Source of the DNA: a cyanobacterium endosymbiont of Epithemia turgida isolate EtSB Lake Yunoko
Lineage (GTDB): Bacteria > Cyanobacteriota > Cyanobacteriia > Cyanobacteriales > Microcystaceae
Assembly: GCF_000829235.1 (NCBI RefSeq)
Contig: NZ_AP012549.1
Location: 1,650,001 to 1,682,000, forward strand
DNA: 32,000 bases
Reading direction: 5' to 3'
Within the stretch, counting starts at the first letter, position 1. Each line of letters begins with the position of its first letter. Shown here piece by piece: positions 9,461 through 19,685 of the stretch. The notes under the pieces were generated by a model. It saw only the letters and a program-made list of their open reading frames with translations, was not told the origin of the DNA and ran no database searches. Position numbers and translations under genes: made by a program.

Positions 9461-12283
9461 TCAATAATTAGAGTTATTTTGCATATTGAGAAATTGAGTA
9501 AATTCTGGCTGAAATAAAAGTTTAATGGGACCAGTTGGTCCATTTCGGTGTTTTGTGATAATTATCTCTGCGATTCCCCTATCTACAGTGTCAGTATTAT
9601 AATACTCATCACGATATAACATCATAATTAAATCAGCATCCTGTTCAATTGCCCCACTTTCTCTTAAATCTGACATCATAGGACGTTTATTATTTCTTGT
9701 TTCAACAGCACGACTTAACTGAGATAAAGCAACAACAGGGACATTTACCTCTCGGGCTAACCCTTTTAAAGAACGGGTAATTTTAGACAATTCTTGGTTT
9801 CTATTTTCACTACCTCCCCCTTCCATTAATTGTAAATAATCAATTAAAACTAACCCTAAGTCTCCCTTTTGTTCTGCTTTTAAACGTCTTATCTGAGAAC
9901 GAATCTGCATTACAGTTATGTTAACAGAATCATCAATATAAATAGGCATTTCTGATATATTTCCCAGGGCTAAACTTAACTGTTCATATTCATTTTGTAC
10001 AAATCTTCCCGTCCGCAAACGATTACCTTCAATTTTGGACTCAGCAGCTAATAATCTTAAGGAAAGTTGTTCTTTTGACATTTCTAAGCTAAAGATAGCT
10101 ATAGGTAGCTTACTATTTTTGGCAATATTAGCCGCTATCGCTAAGCCAAAAGCTGTGTTATGTACACAAATATCATTAGCAACAAAATTATGAGTTTCAG
10201 GAATAGTTAAGTCATAGACTTGTTGTTCCCCAGTGTATTCAATTGATACAATTTTATCCCAATAAACCTCACTTGTTGCTAGTGGTTCTAAAGATAAATC
10301 ATCTAAAGTCAGGGCTAATTTTAAGAATTTATTCTGTAATAATACTTGTTTATTAAAATGAAGATTATCATAGCTTTTAATCCCTGCTATTTTTTCTAGA
10401 TCTGTCCAGACTTTATTTTCTTTAGAAAAAGCTATTTGTTGCCAAATTTGCATGAGAATAAGATCCCAATTAGTTTTATATCTTTCTCTTACTAAAGCTT
10501 TTCTAGCTAAGTCAATTACTGTTTCTTTTCCAAAGATTCCTATCTCGTTAACAAATATCTTAATTGATTGAGCATCAGCAATATTAATTTGCCAGGTTAT
10601 CCTGTAATAACTTTTGTATTTTAAAAATTTTTTTTTCAGACTGGCAACTATACCAAATCTTAGCAATAAATGTTGTATTTGACGAGCTAAACTTCTACTT
10701 AATGAACAATAATACAGTTGAACTTGTCCACTTTCAGAAAGAGAAATCCATCCATCAGTAGCAAACAAGCGATTAAGAAACAAACTTAATAGTTGGGGCT
10801 GTAACTCAAAAATAATTGACGGAATAGTTTTATTGTAAGCATTTTTACCCCATAACCCCAATTCTTGTAACCAAGTCTTTAATGAATTTTCACCATTATT
10901 GCTAATACTAACTATTTCGTAATAAGTAAGTTGCTGGTCATCAACTGGTAAAATTAGACATAGGTTATCAAAGTTTTTTTTATTTGTAATACAATTTTTC
11001 TGTTTCCAATCACAGAGCAAAGAAGAATGAACTCTTAATAATTTGTCCAATTTTTGATCAGACAAATTATTAGATTCAGTGATTTTTTTTATACAATCTG
11101 CAAAGATTGTACGATGAATTCTAATAAATTCCAAATCTCCTATTACATCTAAACTTGAAGTTTTTGTTAGTCGTGAAGTTTTGCGCCTTACTTTTACTTC
11201 TTTAAAGTTAGTTACAGATTGAACAAAATCTTTTTGTAGTAAAGGACTATTATTCTTGAATAAAGGATGATGTTTGGTTAAACAACCATCACCTATTAAA
11301 TAGGCTAATAATTTAACTTGATGATTAGGAAGTGTTCCAGTTCCAATAATATTAATTTTTCGAGGAATAGCAATTTTATCACCTAGTTTTAGTTGTGAAA
11401 GTTGCTGCCATCCATGAATAGTTAAATAAGGGTGAGTTAAGGTCGTTTCAACATAACGTCCTAGTTTAGTGGTTACTCTAAATACTGGTTTTATACCATC
11501 ATCTATAAAGTTAGATGGATTAGTTATCTTAAATTTCCAATCTTTATTTAAAGTTAATAGTTGACCCTGGCGACGATGATAAATTTCTTCTATTGTTACT
11601 AAACTGCCGTCAGCTAAAACAATTTCTGAATTAGCTGCTAAACATTTTCCCATAGAAGGCCGTCCTGCAATAATAATTAAATCAGAACGCTGTAAACCTC
11701 CTGTCATAGCATCTAAATCGTAAAAATCCGTTTGAATTCCAGGTAAAGAGATTTTTTGATGACGTTTTTCTAATTCATTGTAGGTTTGTACCAAAGTATC
11801 AGCAATAGGAATTAATCCTTCCTGAGGACGCTTTTGAGTTAACCTGAAAATTTTATTTTCTGACTCATCTAAAATTTGGTCTAATTTCTTAGTACTTTCA
11901 AATCCTAATTCTACTATTTCATGACCGGATGAAATTAATTGACGCCGTAGGTATTTCTCCATTACTAGTGCGCCATAACGGTCGATATTGACTGCTGAAA
12001 CTGTACGATCTAATAATTGCATTAATTTATCAATGCCGCCTATTTTTTCGAGGAGTTGATAATCTTCTAGGTAACTTTTTACCGTTAACAAATCAACGGG
12101 GTTTCCTTGAATGTAAAGCTTCAAGGCTGCCTCATAGATTTCTTTATGAACTGGGACATAAAAAGCATCTGGGGTAATTAAATCTACTATTCGTCCCATA
12201 GCATCTCGATCCAGTAAAATACCGCCTAAAATGGATTCTTCTGCTTCAATATTTTGGGGAGGTAGGGCATTGTTAACAACCAT
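9461..12283 (-). CDS. dnaB: Replicative DNA helicase DnaB interrupted by an in-frame intein
   Basis: 940-aa ORF. The N-terminal domain begins PPQNIEAEESILGGILLD. Walker A (GRPSMGK|T) is split after the lysine at aa 213. The C-terminal RecA-like part contains LVLIDYLQLM, NVPVVALSQLSR, RPMMSDLRESGAIEQDAD and IITKHRNGPTG. Exteins total 444 aa, a normal DnaB length. Confidence 0.95.
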   Translation of the reverse strand: MVVNNALPPQNIEAEESILGGILLDRDAMGRIVDLITPDAFYVPVHKEIYEAALKLYIQGNPVDLLTVKSYLEDYQLLEKIGGIDKLMQLLDRTVSAVNIDRYGALVMEKYLRRQLISSGHEIVELGFESTKKLDQILDESENKIFRLTQKRPQEGLIPIADTLVQTYNELEKRHQKISLPGIQTDFYDLDAMTGGLQRSDLIIIAGRPSMGKCLAANSEIVLADGSLVTIEEIYHRRQGQLLTLNKDWKFKITNPSNFIDDGIKPVFRVTTKLGRYVETTLTHPYLTIHGWQQLSQLKLGDKIAIPRKINIIGTGTLPNHQVKLLAYLIGDGCLTKHHPLFKNNSPLLQKDFVQSVTNFKEVKVRRKTSRLTKTSSLDVIGDLEFIRIHRTIFADCIKKITESNNLSDQKLDKLLRVHSSLLCDWKQKNCITNKKNFDNLCLILPVDDQQLTYYEIVSISNNGENSLKTWLQELGLWGKNAYNKTIPSIIFELQPQLLSLFLNRLFATDGWISLSESGQVQLYYCSLSRSLARQIQHLLLRFGIVASLKKKFLKYKSYYRITWQINIADAQSIKIFVNEIGIFGKETVIDLARKALVRERYKTNWDLILMQIWQQIAFSKENKVWTDLEKIAGIKSYDNLHFNKQVLLQNKFLKLALTLDDLSLEPLATSEVYWDKIVSIEYTGEQQVYDLTIPETHNFVANDICVHNTAFGLAIAANIAKNSKLPIAIFSLEMSKEQLSLRLLAAESKIEGNRLRTGRFVQNEYEQLSLALGNISEMPIYIDDSVNITVMQIRSQIRRLKAEQKGDLGLVLIDYLQLMEGGGSENRNQELSKITRSLKGLAREVNVPVVALSQLSRAVETRNNKRPMMSDLRESGAIEQDADLIMMLYRDEYYNTDTVDRGIAEIIITKHRNGPTGPIKLLFQPEFTQFLNMQNNSNY
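10157..11644 (-). mobile_element. DnaB intein (496 aa) with a LAGLIDADG homing-endonuclease domain, inserted in the P-loop
   Basis: The intein runs from Cys214 (TGT, complement of 11642-11644) to Asn709 (AAC, complement of 10157-10159). The N-terminus is CLAANSEIVLADG, block B is TLTHPYL, the C-terminus is NDICVHN and the +1 residue is Thr (TAFGLAI...). Two LAGLIDADG-type motifs are present: LLAYLIGDGCL and FLNRLFATDGWI. The intein interior is visibly more AT-rich than the flanking exteins. Confidence 0.9.
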
Positions 12284-12913
12284 AAAGTTACGGTTTTATA
12301 AATCTGGAGTATTTAAGAGACCGAATTATTATACTATAGCGATTGCTTATCTACATCTAATCAATGGACTTAACTTATAAGAAGAAAAAATGAAGTTAAA
12401 AACAAAATAAATTAACATATTTGTATGTATAACAGTCTCATTCTTTATAAGAAAGTTTTACTTTATAAATTTTGTTAAATAAAGAATACAAATGGACTAT
12501 ATATAGTTATTAATACAATAATTGTACTACATTATTTAAATTTTCTTAAAGAGAGACTGAATTTAGGAAGAGTGATTTCTAGTAATAGATTATAGTAATA
12601 CTCAAATATTATCGATACGGTTAAAACATTTTTATATTAAATATATGCATATATCTAATATATTTTAGATACATCAATACTATTTATTTCAAAGCATTTT
12701 TCTAAAATTTTAGATAGACTATAATTTAATGTCTTAAAATCAACTATAGAGTAATTTTAATAATAATAAAGATGCGCTACTACGATTGTAACGCACCCTA
12801 ACTAAATAAACTTCAAAAACAGCAGATTATTGTTGATTTATCAAGGATAACAAAAACATTTCCCTCTAATTCATGAAATTCCAGAAAGTATTAATCGCAG
12901 TATAACGGACTTT

Positions 12914-13897
12914 TTATTCACCTTCAAGACTGGCTAAGCGGGTTTTTAACAACTCTTCTAAGGTTTCTAACGCCTTTGTAAAACCCTTAATTCCTTCATC
13001 AAGCTTATCAAAAGCCATCTTATTTTTTTGGTGCATTTTGTCAAAGTTAGCTCGATCAACAAAGATTTTTTCTATCTTCATTTTAGCTGCAACTTCTGGA
13101 TCTAGTTTTCGAGGTAATTCAGCTTCTGTTAACTGTAGTTGTTCTAAAAGTTTGGGAGAAATAGTCAATAAATCACAGCCTGCTAATTCATAAATTTCTC
13201 CTATATTACGGAAACTTGCTCCCATCACTTCAGTTTTGTAGCCAAATTTCTTGTAATAGTTATATATTTGGGTCACAGAAAGTACTCCAGGATCTTCAGC
13301 GGGAGCATACTCTTTTCCAGTTTCCTTTGTGTACCAGTCAAGAATACGTCCTACAAAAGGAGAAATCAGGGTAATACCCGCTTCTGCACAAGCAATAGCC
13401 TGGTGAATTCCAAACAACAGGGTTAAGTTACAGTGAATACCTTCTTTTTCTAGAACTTCTGCAGCTTTAATTCCTTCCCAAGTAGACGCAATTTTAATCA
13501 GGATGCGATCACGTGAGACTCCATTAGCTTCATACTCAGAAATTAAATAGTGAGCTTTTTCTATAGTTGCTTTTGTATCATAAGATAGACGAGCATCTAC
13601 TTCAGTAGACACCCGTCCAGGAATAATTTCGAGGATTTTCAAACCAAAGGAAATTGCTAGGCGATCAAAAGCTAAAGTAGCAACATCAGAAGCTGAGGCA
13701 TTTTTACCTAATTTTGTTCGTGCTTGTTTGAGAGTATCATCCACAATTCCCTGATATTGAGGCATTTGAGCTGCCGCCGTAATCAATGAAGGGTTAGTGG
13801 TAGCATCGCGTGGCGTAAAGGTTTCAATAGCTTGAATGTCTCCTGTATCAGCGACAACAATAGTAAATTTACGTAATTGTTCAAGTAAAGTAGTCAT
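12914..13897 (-). CDS. tal: Transaldolase (class I, TalB-like)
   Basis: 327-aa [64 protein letters not shown] and [13 protein letters not shown] are the classic transaldolase motifs, including the Schiff-base Lys region. Confidence 0.93.
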   Translation of the reverse strand: MTTLLEQLRKFTIVVADTGDIQAIETFTPRDATTNPSLITAAAQMPQYQGIVDDTLKQARTKLGKNASASDVATLAFDRLAISFGLKILEIIPGRVSTEVDARLSYDTKATIEKAHYLISEYEANGVSRDRILIKIASTWEGIKAAEVLEKEGIHCNLTLLFGIHQAIACAEAGITLISPFVGRILDWYTKETGKEYAPAEDPGVLSVTQIYNYYKKFGYKTEVMGASFRNIGEIYELAGCDLLTISPKLLEQLQLTEAELPRKLDPEVAAKMKIEKIFVDRANFDKMHQKNKMAFDKLDEGIKGFTKALETLEELLKTRLASLEGE

Positions 13898-14934
13898 AAT
13901 TGCTCCTTATGAGACACCTAATATATTTTTAAGTTAGCTAGTGAAAGCTAAATAAAGGTTAACGGTACCATTTACTATAACTTTATCAGTGGCAACCCTT
14001 CTACAGGAATTAATTTCAGGAAGTTCTAATGATTGTTGGAATAATCGAGCTTCCGCAAGTGAATCCCCTCCATTATAAAATAGCGATATGCATCAAACCA
14101 GGGGAGATACCCACATTGTTGAAGTATCTAGGTAGAGTAGATGAAGGCAAAATTGTCTATCTAGAAAAGATCGATGAAGCAATAAAGTTAGGAAAAATAT
14201 CACGGTTGAGATTCTAAACGAATTACTCTGCCATCTCCATTAGTATGATAAACCCAAGTTTTGGACCCATTTGTTACGACCACCCTCCATCCTTCGACCA
14301 ATACTTGAGTACAAAATTCATCAGGTCTTGCTAGTTCTAAACAATTATTTGTCCAAGTCTTGGCTTCATATATTTTGATTTATAGAATAGAGGTTTCTAT
14401 TCCAATGAAGTTTGACGCTTTTCGACGGACTGCGTTAATTACTGTTGTTGGAGGTTCACTTTTGGGAATCATAGATTCGGAGGTTTCCACAAGAGTAGTT
14501 GATTGAAGTGATAGGATAATGGAAGAGATAGGTTGTTGAGTACATCCCCAAAATTCTAGCTAGGCTATCATACAGCAACACCAACAGAGTTTTTTGATAG
14601 CTTTCATTGACTTTTTTCTTATAACTCCTAACTTTTCTCTAGCAATCTAACAACTTTAGTGAAAAGTTAGGAATTATAGTTTATAATACCTTTTTCTGTA
14701 TAAGTTCTCTACCAATTGCTTTATAAAGTTTTTATCCATGTAGCAAGTTACCAAATGAGATTGGATAATTTGATTGTAAGCCTTCTCAAGTTTATGTGAC
14801 GTATCGTTAATTTCTTGTTACTCCATCATTGATGATTAGATTATGCTGAATGTGTAGTACAAATAACTGGCACTGTTTTCAAAATTACGTCAAGATATCT
14901 AACTTGGAGTTAACTTTTACAAAGCTAAAGATAA

Positions 14935-15489
14935 ATGACTGTGGAGCTGCTATCGCTCGATAACATACAAGAAATTGCGCGTCAATATGGTTACTGGGCA
15001 GTGTTTATCGGCATCACCTTAAAAAATGTAGAAATTCCCCTTCCTGGGGAGACCATTACTATTGTCGGAGGAGTACTAGCTGGAAGTGGAGATTTAAATT
15101 ATTAGATAGTGGTAGTAATGTCTCCTATAGAAGCGGTTATCGGCGGTAATATTGGCTATTATATTATTGGGTTAGGAGGTTGCGCAGTTTTATCAGTATT
15201 TAGTCGTTTATTCAGAATTTATCCATAAAAGTTAGAGGCAGCCAAGGCACAATTTGGTAATACTACGATGAGTGCTGTGTTTTTTGGAAGCTTTGTAGCG
15301 TTGTTGCGGATTTTTGCTGGCCCAATGGCGGCGGGGATTACTAAAATGCTCTATAGTTGATTTTTGCTATGTAATTTTGGTGGGGCTGTGATTTAGGTAT
15401 TTTTTATGGTGACTTTATCTTTTTTTGTAGGACGCACTATTCCCCTACACGAATTAACCGATTTTAAAGTACCACTTAGAAGTTGCTAA
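14935..15489 (+). pseudogene. DedA-family membrane protein pseudogene with four in-frame stops and no frameshift
   Basis: One frame reads MTVELLSLDNIQEIARQYGYWAVFIGITLKNVEIPLPGETITIVGGVLAGSGDLNY*IVVVMSPIEAVIGGNIGYYIIGLGGCAVLSVFSRLFRIYP*KLEAAKAQFGNTTMSAVFFGSFVALLRIFAGPMAAGITKMLYS*FLLCNFGGAVI*VFFMVTLSFFVGRTIPLHELTDFKVPLRSC*. The DedA signatures (E.PLPGE, G.N.GY, FFGrF.alLRiFaGp.AG...M.y.rF...N..GA..W) are recognisable. Internal stops are TAG 15103, TAA 15226, TGA 15358 and TAG 15394. Confidence 0.72.
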
Positions 15490-15712
15490 ACAACAAGGTA
15501 ACACCTGGTTAATTGAACATCTTGAAGCTGAATAGGCGTTGTTACGTTGATTCTACCTTGCCGTGACAGACGTTGGTACTGCCTGATGCAAATCAGAAAG
15601 TCTTACCCTAAGTTTTTATGGAGTATGGAGTTGCTACAAGAATTATAATTCTAGGATTTTGGTAGGTAACGCCCACTTTAGGTCTAATCATCTTGAGTAA
15701 GTTGGCTAAGAC

Positions 15713-16165
15713 TTAAAAAGGAATTGGATCTTCTTCTTCATGAAAAGTGTTTAAGCTAGGAGCAGCGACAGGCTGTCCTGATTCGGGATAGAGAGAAGAT
15801 TGGCAAGAATCCCCAGAAACCACATTATCCTCAGAAGTAAACGGGATTGGGGAAGTGGAATAACTATCTAAGGGATAAATATGGGAAGCCACTAACTCAA
15901 CCCGTTTTTCTTTAAATCCCTCAGGACGGTCAAAGGTACTCATCGAGAGACGACCTTCAATAATCAGGCAGTCCCCTTCTTTGTAGGTATTTTTCATTTG
16001 AGTTGCTAAATTACCCCATCCAATCACTTTTATGCTGGAAGCTGAAGCTTCCGGGCGTCTCCCTGTAAACTCTACTAACATTTGAGCAATCGGAGTTTTA
16101 TTATCTTGAGTATAACGTAATTCTGGGGGACGGATTACTTTAATCATTAAAACACAACTATTCAT
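15713..16165 (-). CDS. ssb: Single-stranded DNA-binding protein
   Basis: OB-fold N-terminus MNSCVLMIKVIRPPELRYTQDNKTPIAQMLVEF...IKVIGWGNLA...IIEGRLSMSTF, followed by a low-complexity linker and the acidic tip EEEDPIPF. The track ORF starts 10 codons upstream at 16195. ATG 16165 (MNSC...) matches the usual cyanobacterial SSB N-terminus. Confidence 0.85.
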   Translation of the reverse strand: MNSCVLMIKVIRPPELRYTQDNKTPIAQMLVEFTGRRPEASASSIKVIGWGNLATQMKNTYKEGDCLIIEGRLSMSTFDRPEGFKEKRVELVASHIYPLDSYSTSPIPFTSEDNVVSGDSCQSSLYPESGQPVAAPSLNTFHEEEDPIPF

Positions 16166-16229
16166 CGAATCAACTCCTAAACTATCGTTAATCATTAGTG
16201 TGAATTTTTATTAAACTTATTTTCGTCGG

Positions 16230-18754
16230 TTACATACTGACCATTTCTCCTTGTTCTTGCTCAATAAAACTTTGAACTTTCTGACGGTAATCTTTGAGAG
16301 ACATATCTACCCATTCACGATCATCACTATTAGCAAAAATGTGGACTAAAGGTTCTCCTGCATCCGGTAGAATAAGAACCCAATTATCATTTTGAGAATT
16401 AACAACTTTCACGCCGTCAATTAATTTTAACTGTTCTGGGAAGTGGGTTTCCACTAAATAACGCATCAAAGATCCTTTAACTTTCCAAGGGCAGCGAACT
16501 GAATAGGACTTATGGCATACTCGCGGTAATTCGGCTCGAATTTGTGCCAATGATCGCTCTTGAATAGTCAACATTTCTATTAATTTAGCAATTCCGAACA
16601 TTGCATCAAATCCTGGGTGTAGTTGAGGAAAAATAAAACCCATATCCCCACTTCCTCCCAAAGACACATTAGGGTTAGTTTGAGACGCTTCCATCAAAGC
16701 GGTGGGGTTGGCTTTAGTGCGAATAACCTTACCATCATGGCGGCGGGCAATTTGTTCGACGGCACTAGATACTTCCACTGGTACCACCACAGTACTACGA
16801 GGATAGGCTGTAAAAATAGTATTCACCATCAATGCTGTGAGCAATTCTCCGCGAATGGGTAATCCTGACTCATCCACCAAGATAAATTGCTCCCCATTGG
16901 CAGACACCTGAACTCCTAAATTAGCTGTAACTGCTTCTACTACTTGACCTAATTGGTGTAACAAGGCTTCTCGTTCTTCGTTGGAGACCGAGGTTTGTCG
17001 TAAACTGGCATTTAGAACCACTGCATCACAGCCAAATTTTGTTAATAGTTGGGGTAGAATAGCTCCTGAAACTCCGTAAACATAGTCAATAACAATTTTC
17101 GAGCCACTATGGCGAAGTGCTTCTACATTGAGTTGAGTTTCAAAAGTGTTGCGGTAGTTTTCAATGATTTGGGCGGGGTAAGACATATCACCAATCTCTG
17201 AGATTCCAACCCGTCGTAGGTCTTCTTTGAAATAGGCTCCTTCAATTTTCTTTTCCTTAGATTTGGCAATATTAATCCCCTGTTCATCAAAAAATTCAAT
17301 GAGGATATGATCAGGGCGATCTGGATGAGCTCGTAGGTGAACTCCGCCAGTAACCCCTAATTTCGGGGTGAGAATGCGGGTAATTGGAATGGCTGTCGCT
17401 TCTAAGTTTTGAATGTTAATACCTACAGACATCAACCCAGCAATCAAAGAACGGCTGACCATACGAGAGACACTACGCTGGTCACGGGAGACGACGACCT
17501 GAGAACCCAGTTTTAAGGTTGAACCATAGGCTGCACCCAATTTAACAGCAAATTCAGGAGTAATGTCGATGTTGGCTAGTCCTGTTACACCCCTTTGACC
17601 AAATAAATTGCGATGGGCTATATTACCCCAAATCAAATTGATATTCAAGATAGCTCCCGATTCTATGCGTTTGCTAGGCCAGACGCGAACACCTGAGCTA
17701 ATCTGGGCTTCTTCTCCAATCGTCGACAATGCTCCCACCACTGCCCCTTCTAGAATTTGGGCACGCCGATCAACCCGTGTTCCCCTAGCAATGACACAAG
17801 CAGCTAGATAAGATTCGTCTCCAATTGTAACTCCATTCCACAGAATAGGACGTTTTAGATCTGCCCCTACGCCAATGGTGACATTATCGCCGATTACACT
17901 TCCTTTTTCTATAACGACCTGCGGACCAATGCGACAATTGTGACCGATAAGGATGGGGGGGTAATTTTGGCCGTGGGGTCGATATAACTATTTTTTCCCA
18001 ACCAAAATCCAGGAGATATCTCTTCATAGGCAAAATCTAAAGTCACTTTTCCTTCTAGAGCATCATATTGAGCTTGCCGATAAGCTTCTAAATTCCCAAC
18101 ATCACACCAGTATCCCTCGGCGATAAACCCGTATATGGGTTCACTTTTTGCAAGGAGGAGCGGAAAGAGATCTTTAGAAAAGTCCGATTCTTCATTATCA
18201 GGAAGGTATCGTAGAACTTCAGGTTCTAAGACATAGATTCCAGTGTTGACGGTATCCGAGAAAATTTCGCTAGTGGAGGGTTTTTCTAAAAAGCGGTTAA
18301 TTCGTTGGTGTTTATCGAGAATTACCACTCCAAATTCAACGGGGTTAGGAACGCGGGTCAGGACTAAGGTAGCTTTAGATTTTTTTTGTTTATGAAAAGT
18401 GATCGCTTTTTGAAGATCAAAGTCTGTGATACTATCCCCACTAATCACTATAAAGGTATCATCAAGGAGTTCTTCAATATTTTTGACAGAGCCTGCTGTT
18501 CCTAAAGGTTGATCATCTTCTACCGCGTAGGTCATTTCCACCCCAAAATCACTCCCATCTTGGAAGTAGTCCCGTATTACATCCGGGAGATAGTAGAGAG
18601 TGACAATGACTTCTAGAATTTTATTGCGTTTTAATAAATTAATGATGTGTTCGGCAATGGGTCGATTTAGGATAGGAACCATTGGCTTAGGCAGATTGCA
18701 AGTTAGGGGTCGTAACCGAGTTCCTGAGCCCCCAGCCATTAGCACTGCACGCAT
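16230..18754 (-). pseudogene. NTP-transferase / hexapeptide (LbH) / PGM-PMM-like fusion gene ('mannose-1-phosphate guanylyltransferase' type, ~840 aa) split by a 1-nt frameshift
   Basis: ORF 18754-17909 (281 aa) carries the [13 protein letters not shown] nucleotidyltransferase signature. ORF 17741-16230 (503 aa) carries the PGM/PMM-like domains. They are halves of one gene. From the C7 run (17955-17961), the other frame reads ...ITPP|[84 protein letters not shown]... without stops into the second ORF. This is a canonical hexapeptide-repeat linker. Confidence 0.8.
17955..17961 (-). other. Homopolymer (C7 on the coding strand, G7 on +) at the frameshift site
   Basis: ggatgggggggtaatt on the + strand. 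Adding one C restores a single ~840-codon reading frame. Confidence 0.85.
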
Positions 18755-19302
18755 AAATCCTTATTCTCCTTATTGTTTTTTAGAGTTACTCAACTCGATG
18801 GTCGCAAGCAAATATCTTAACTGTTGAGTCTGTTTCAATCTTACTGGTTATCGTCTTACTCTTTGTTCAATAATCAAATTCGTTATCCCGTGAAAGCCTA
18901 TCTATAGACAAAACATCAGAGCTTAGTGTACAAAAGGCTAGACAGTAATCAATCGAAAACCTTGCTCTCATCCACCGACTATAATAATTCAATGTTTCTT
19001 CATAGATTTTTCTAAAATATTTTTATCAAAAATTGCTTGTTTTCAACTACTAGTTAATAAACTTATGCTAATCTCTTCCCGACGAGAAAGGATAAAAATT
19101 CTTAAAACCTAATTTTTTAGATAAAAAACAAGTTCTCGCTATTTCATTTAGTCTTAGTGATGGACAAAATAGAATCTTAAAATAGGCCAACATTACAAAA
19201 TAATTTTGTGAATTTTTCGGATAATCTCCTAATGCTATTGACATAATAATGCCCCAAACTCTCTTGTATTTAAAAATTTTTCTGTGAAAATTTATACCGT
19301 CG

Positions 19303-19325
19303 AGCAACTCATAAGTTGCTTTTTA
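19303..19325 (+). terminator. Orphan intrinsic-terminator-like hairpin (+ orientation)
   Basis: AGCAACT (19303-19309), loop CATA, AGTTGCT (19314-19320), then TTTTA. The U-tract exists only in the + sense. No + strand ORF of 60 aa or more lies upstream of it in the 18.8-19.3 kb spacer. Confidence 0.45.
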
Positions 19326-19632
19326 CATTGCACTAGCAACGCGTCCTAGTTTACATTAAAGTGAAAGGAATATATATGATTTTGTCATAAATAAGGGAAA
19401 CAATAGATCTTACCGCAAAATAGGGTACAATCATGAGGGCAGTTACTCTCTTCAAGACATTTTCCAGGAAGTTTATTATGTTAGTTGGGAGTAAGATAGT
19501 CAGATAGATATTATTCCTAAATAACAATATTCAAAAATAGAAATATTCAGCATAGACACAGTAAGGTTTATTAAGATGATGTTCATCATTGAGATGCAAA
19601 CTGAGATTTACATCTACTCTCCTAGATAGCTA

Positions 19633-19658
19633 GGTACTTTAAAGCGGTCTAAAGTACC
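19633..19658 (-). terminator. Hairpin immediately downstream of hupL (possible 3'-end or stability element)
   Basis: GGTACTTTA (19633-19641) and TAAAGTACC (19650-19658) form a perfect 9-bp stem with an 8-nt loop. It begins 28 nt past the hupL stop. No U-tract follows in the minus sense, so it is not a canonical terminator. Confidence 0.3.
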
Positions 19659-19685
19659 AAAACACTATTCTAGTGTGAGTTTTTA

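Noticed and set aside
14029-14217. 62-aa + strand track ORF downstream of tal.
   Set aside because: It has no motif and overlaps an equally plausible start-less ORF on the other strand. The region looks like decayed sequence, so there is insufficient support for a gene call.
7392-14282. Shared 13-14-mers between distant spacers: ATTTGTTACGACC at about 7392 and about 14270, and GATTGTTCTTAACA at about 1223 and about 8362.
   Set aside because: Matches of this length are expected by chance in 32 kb read on both strands, especially with skewed composition, and the flanks do not extend the match.
19068-19307. 79-aa minus-strand track ORF in the spacer downstream of hupL.
   Set aside because: The composition is random-looking, it overlaps the + strand terminator hairpin, and it has no motif.
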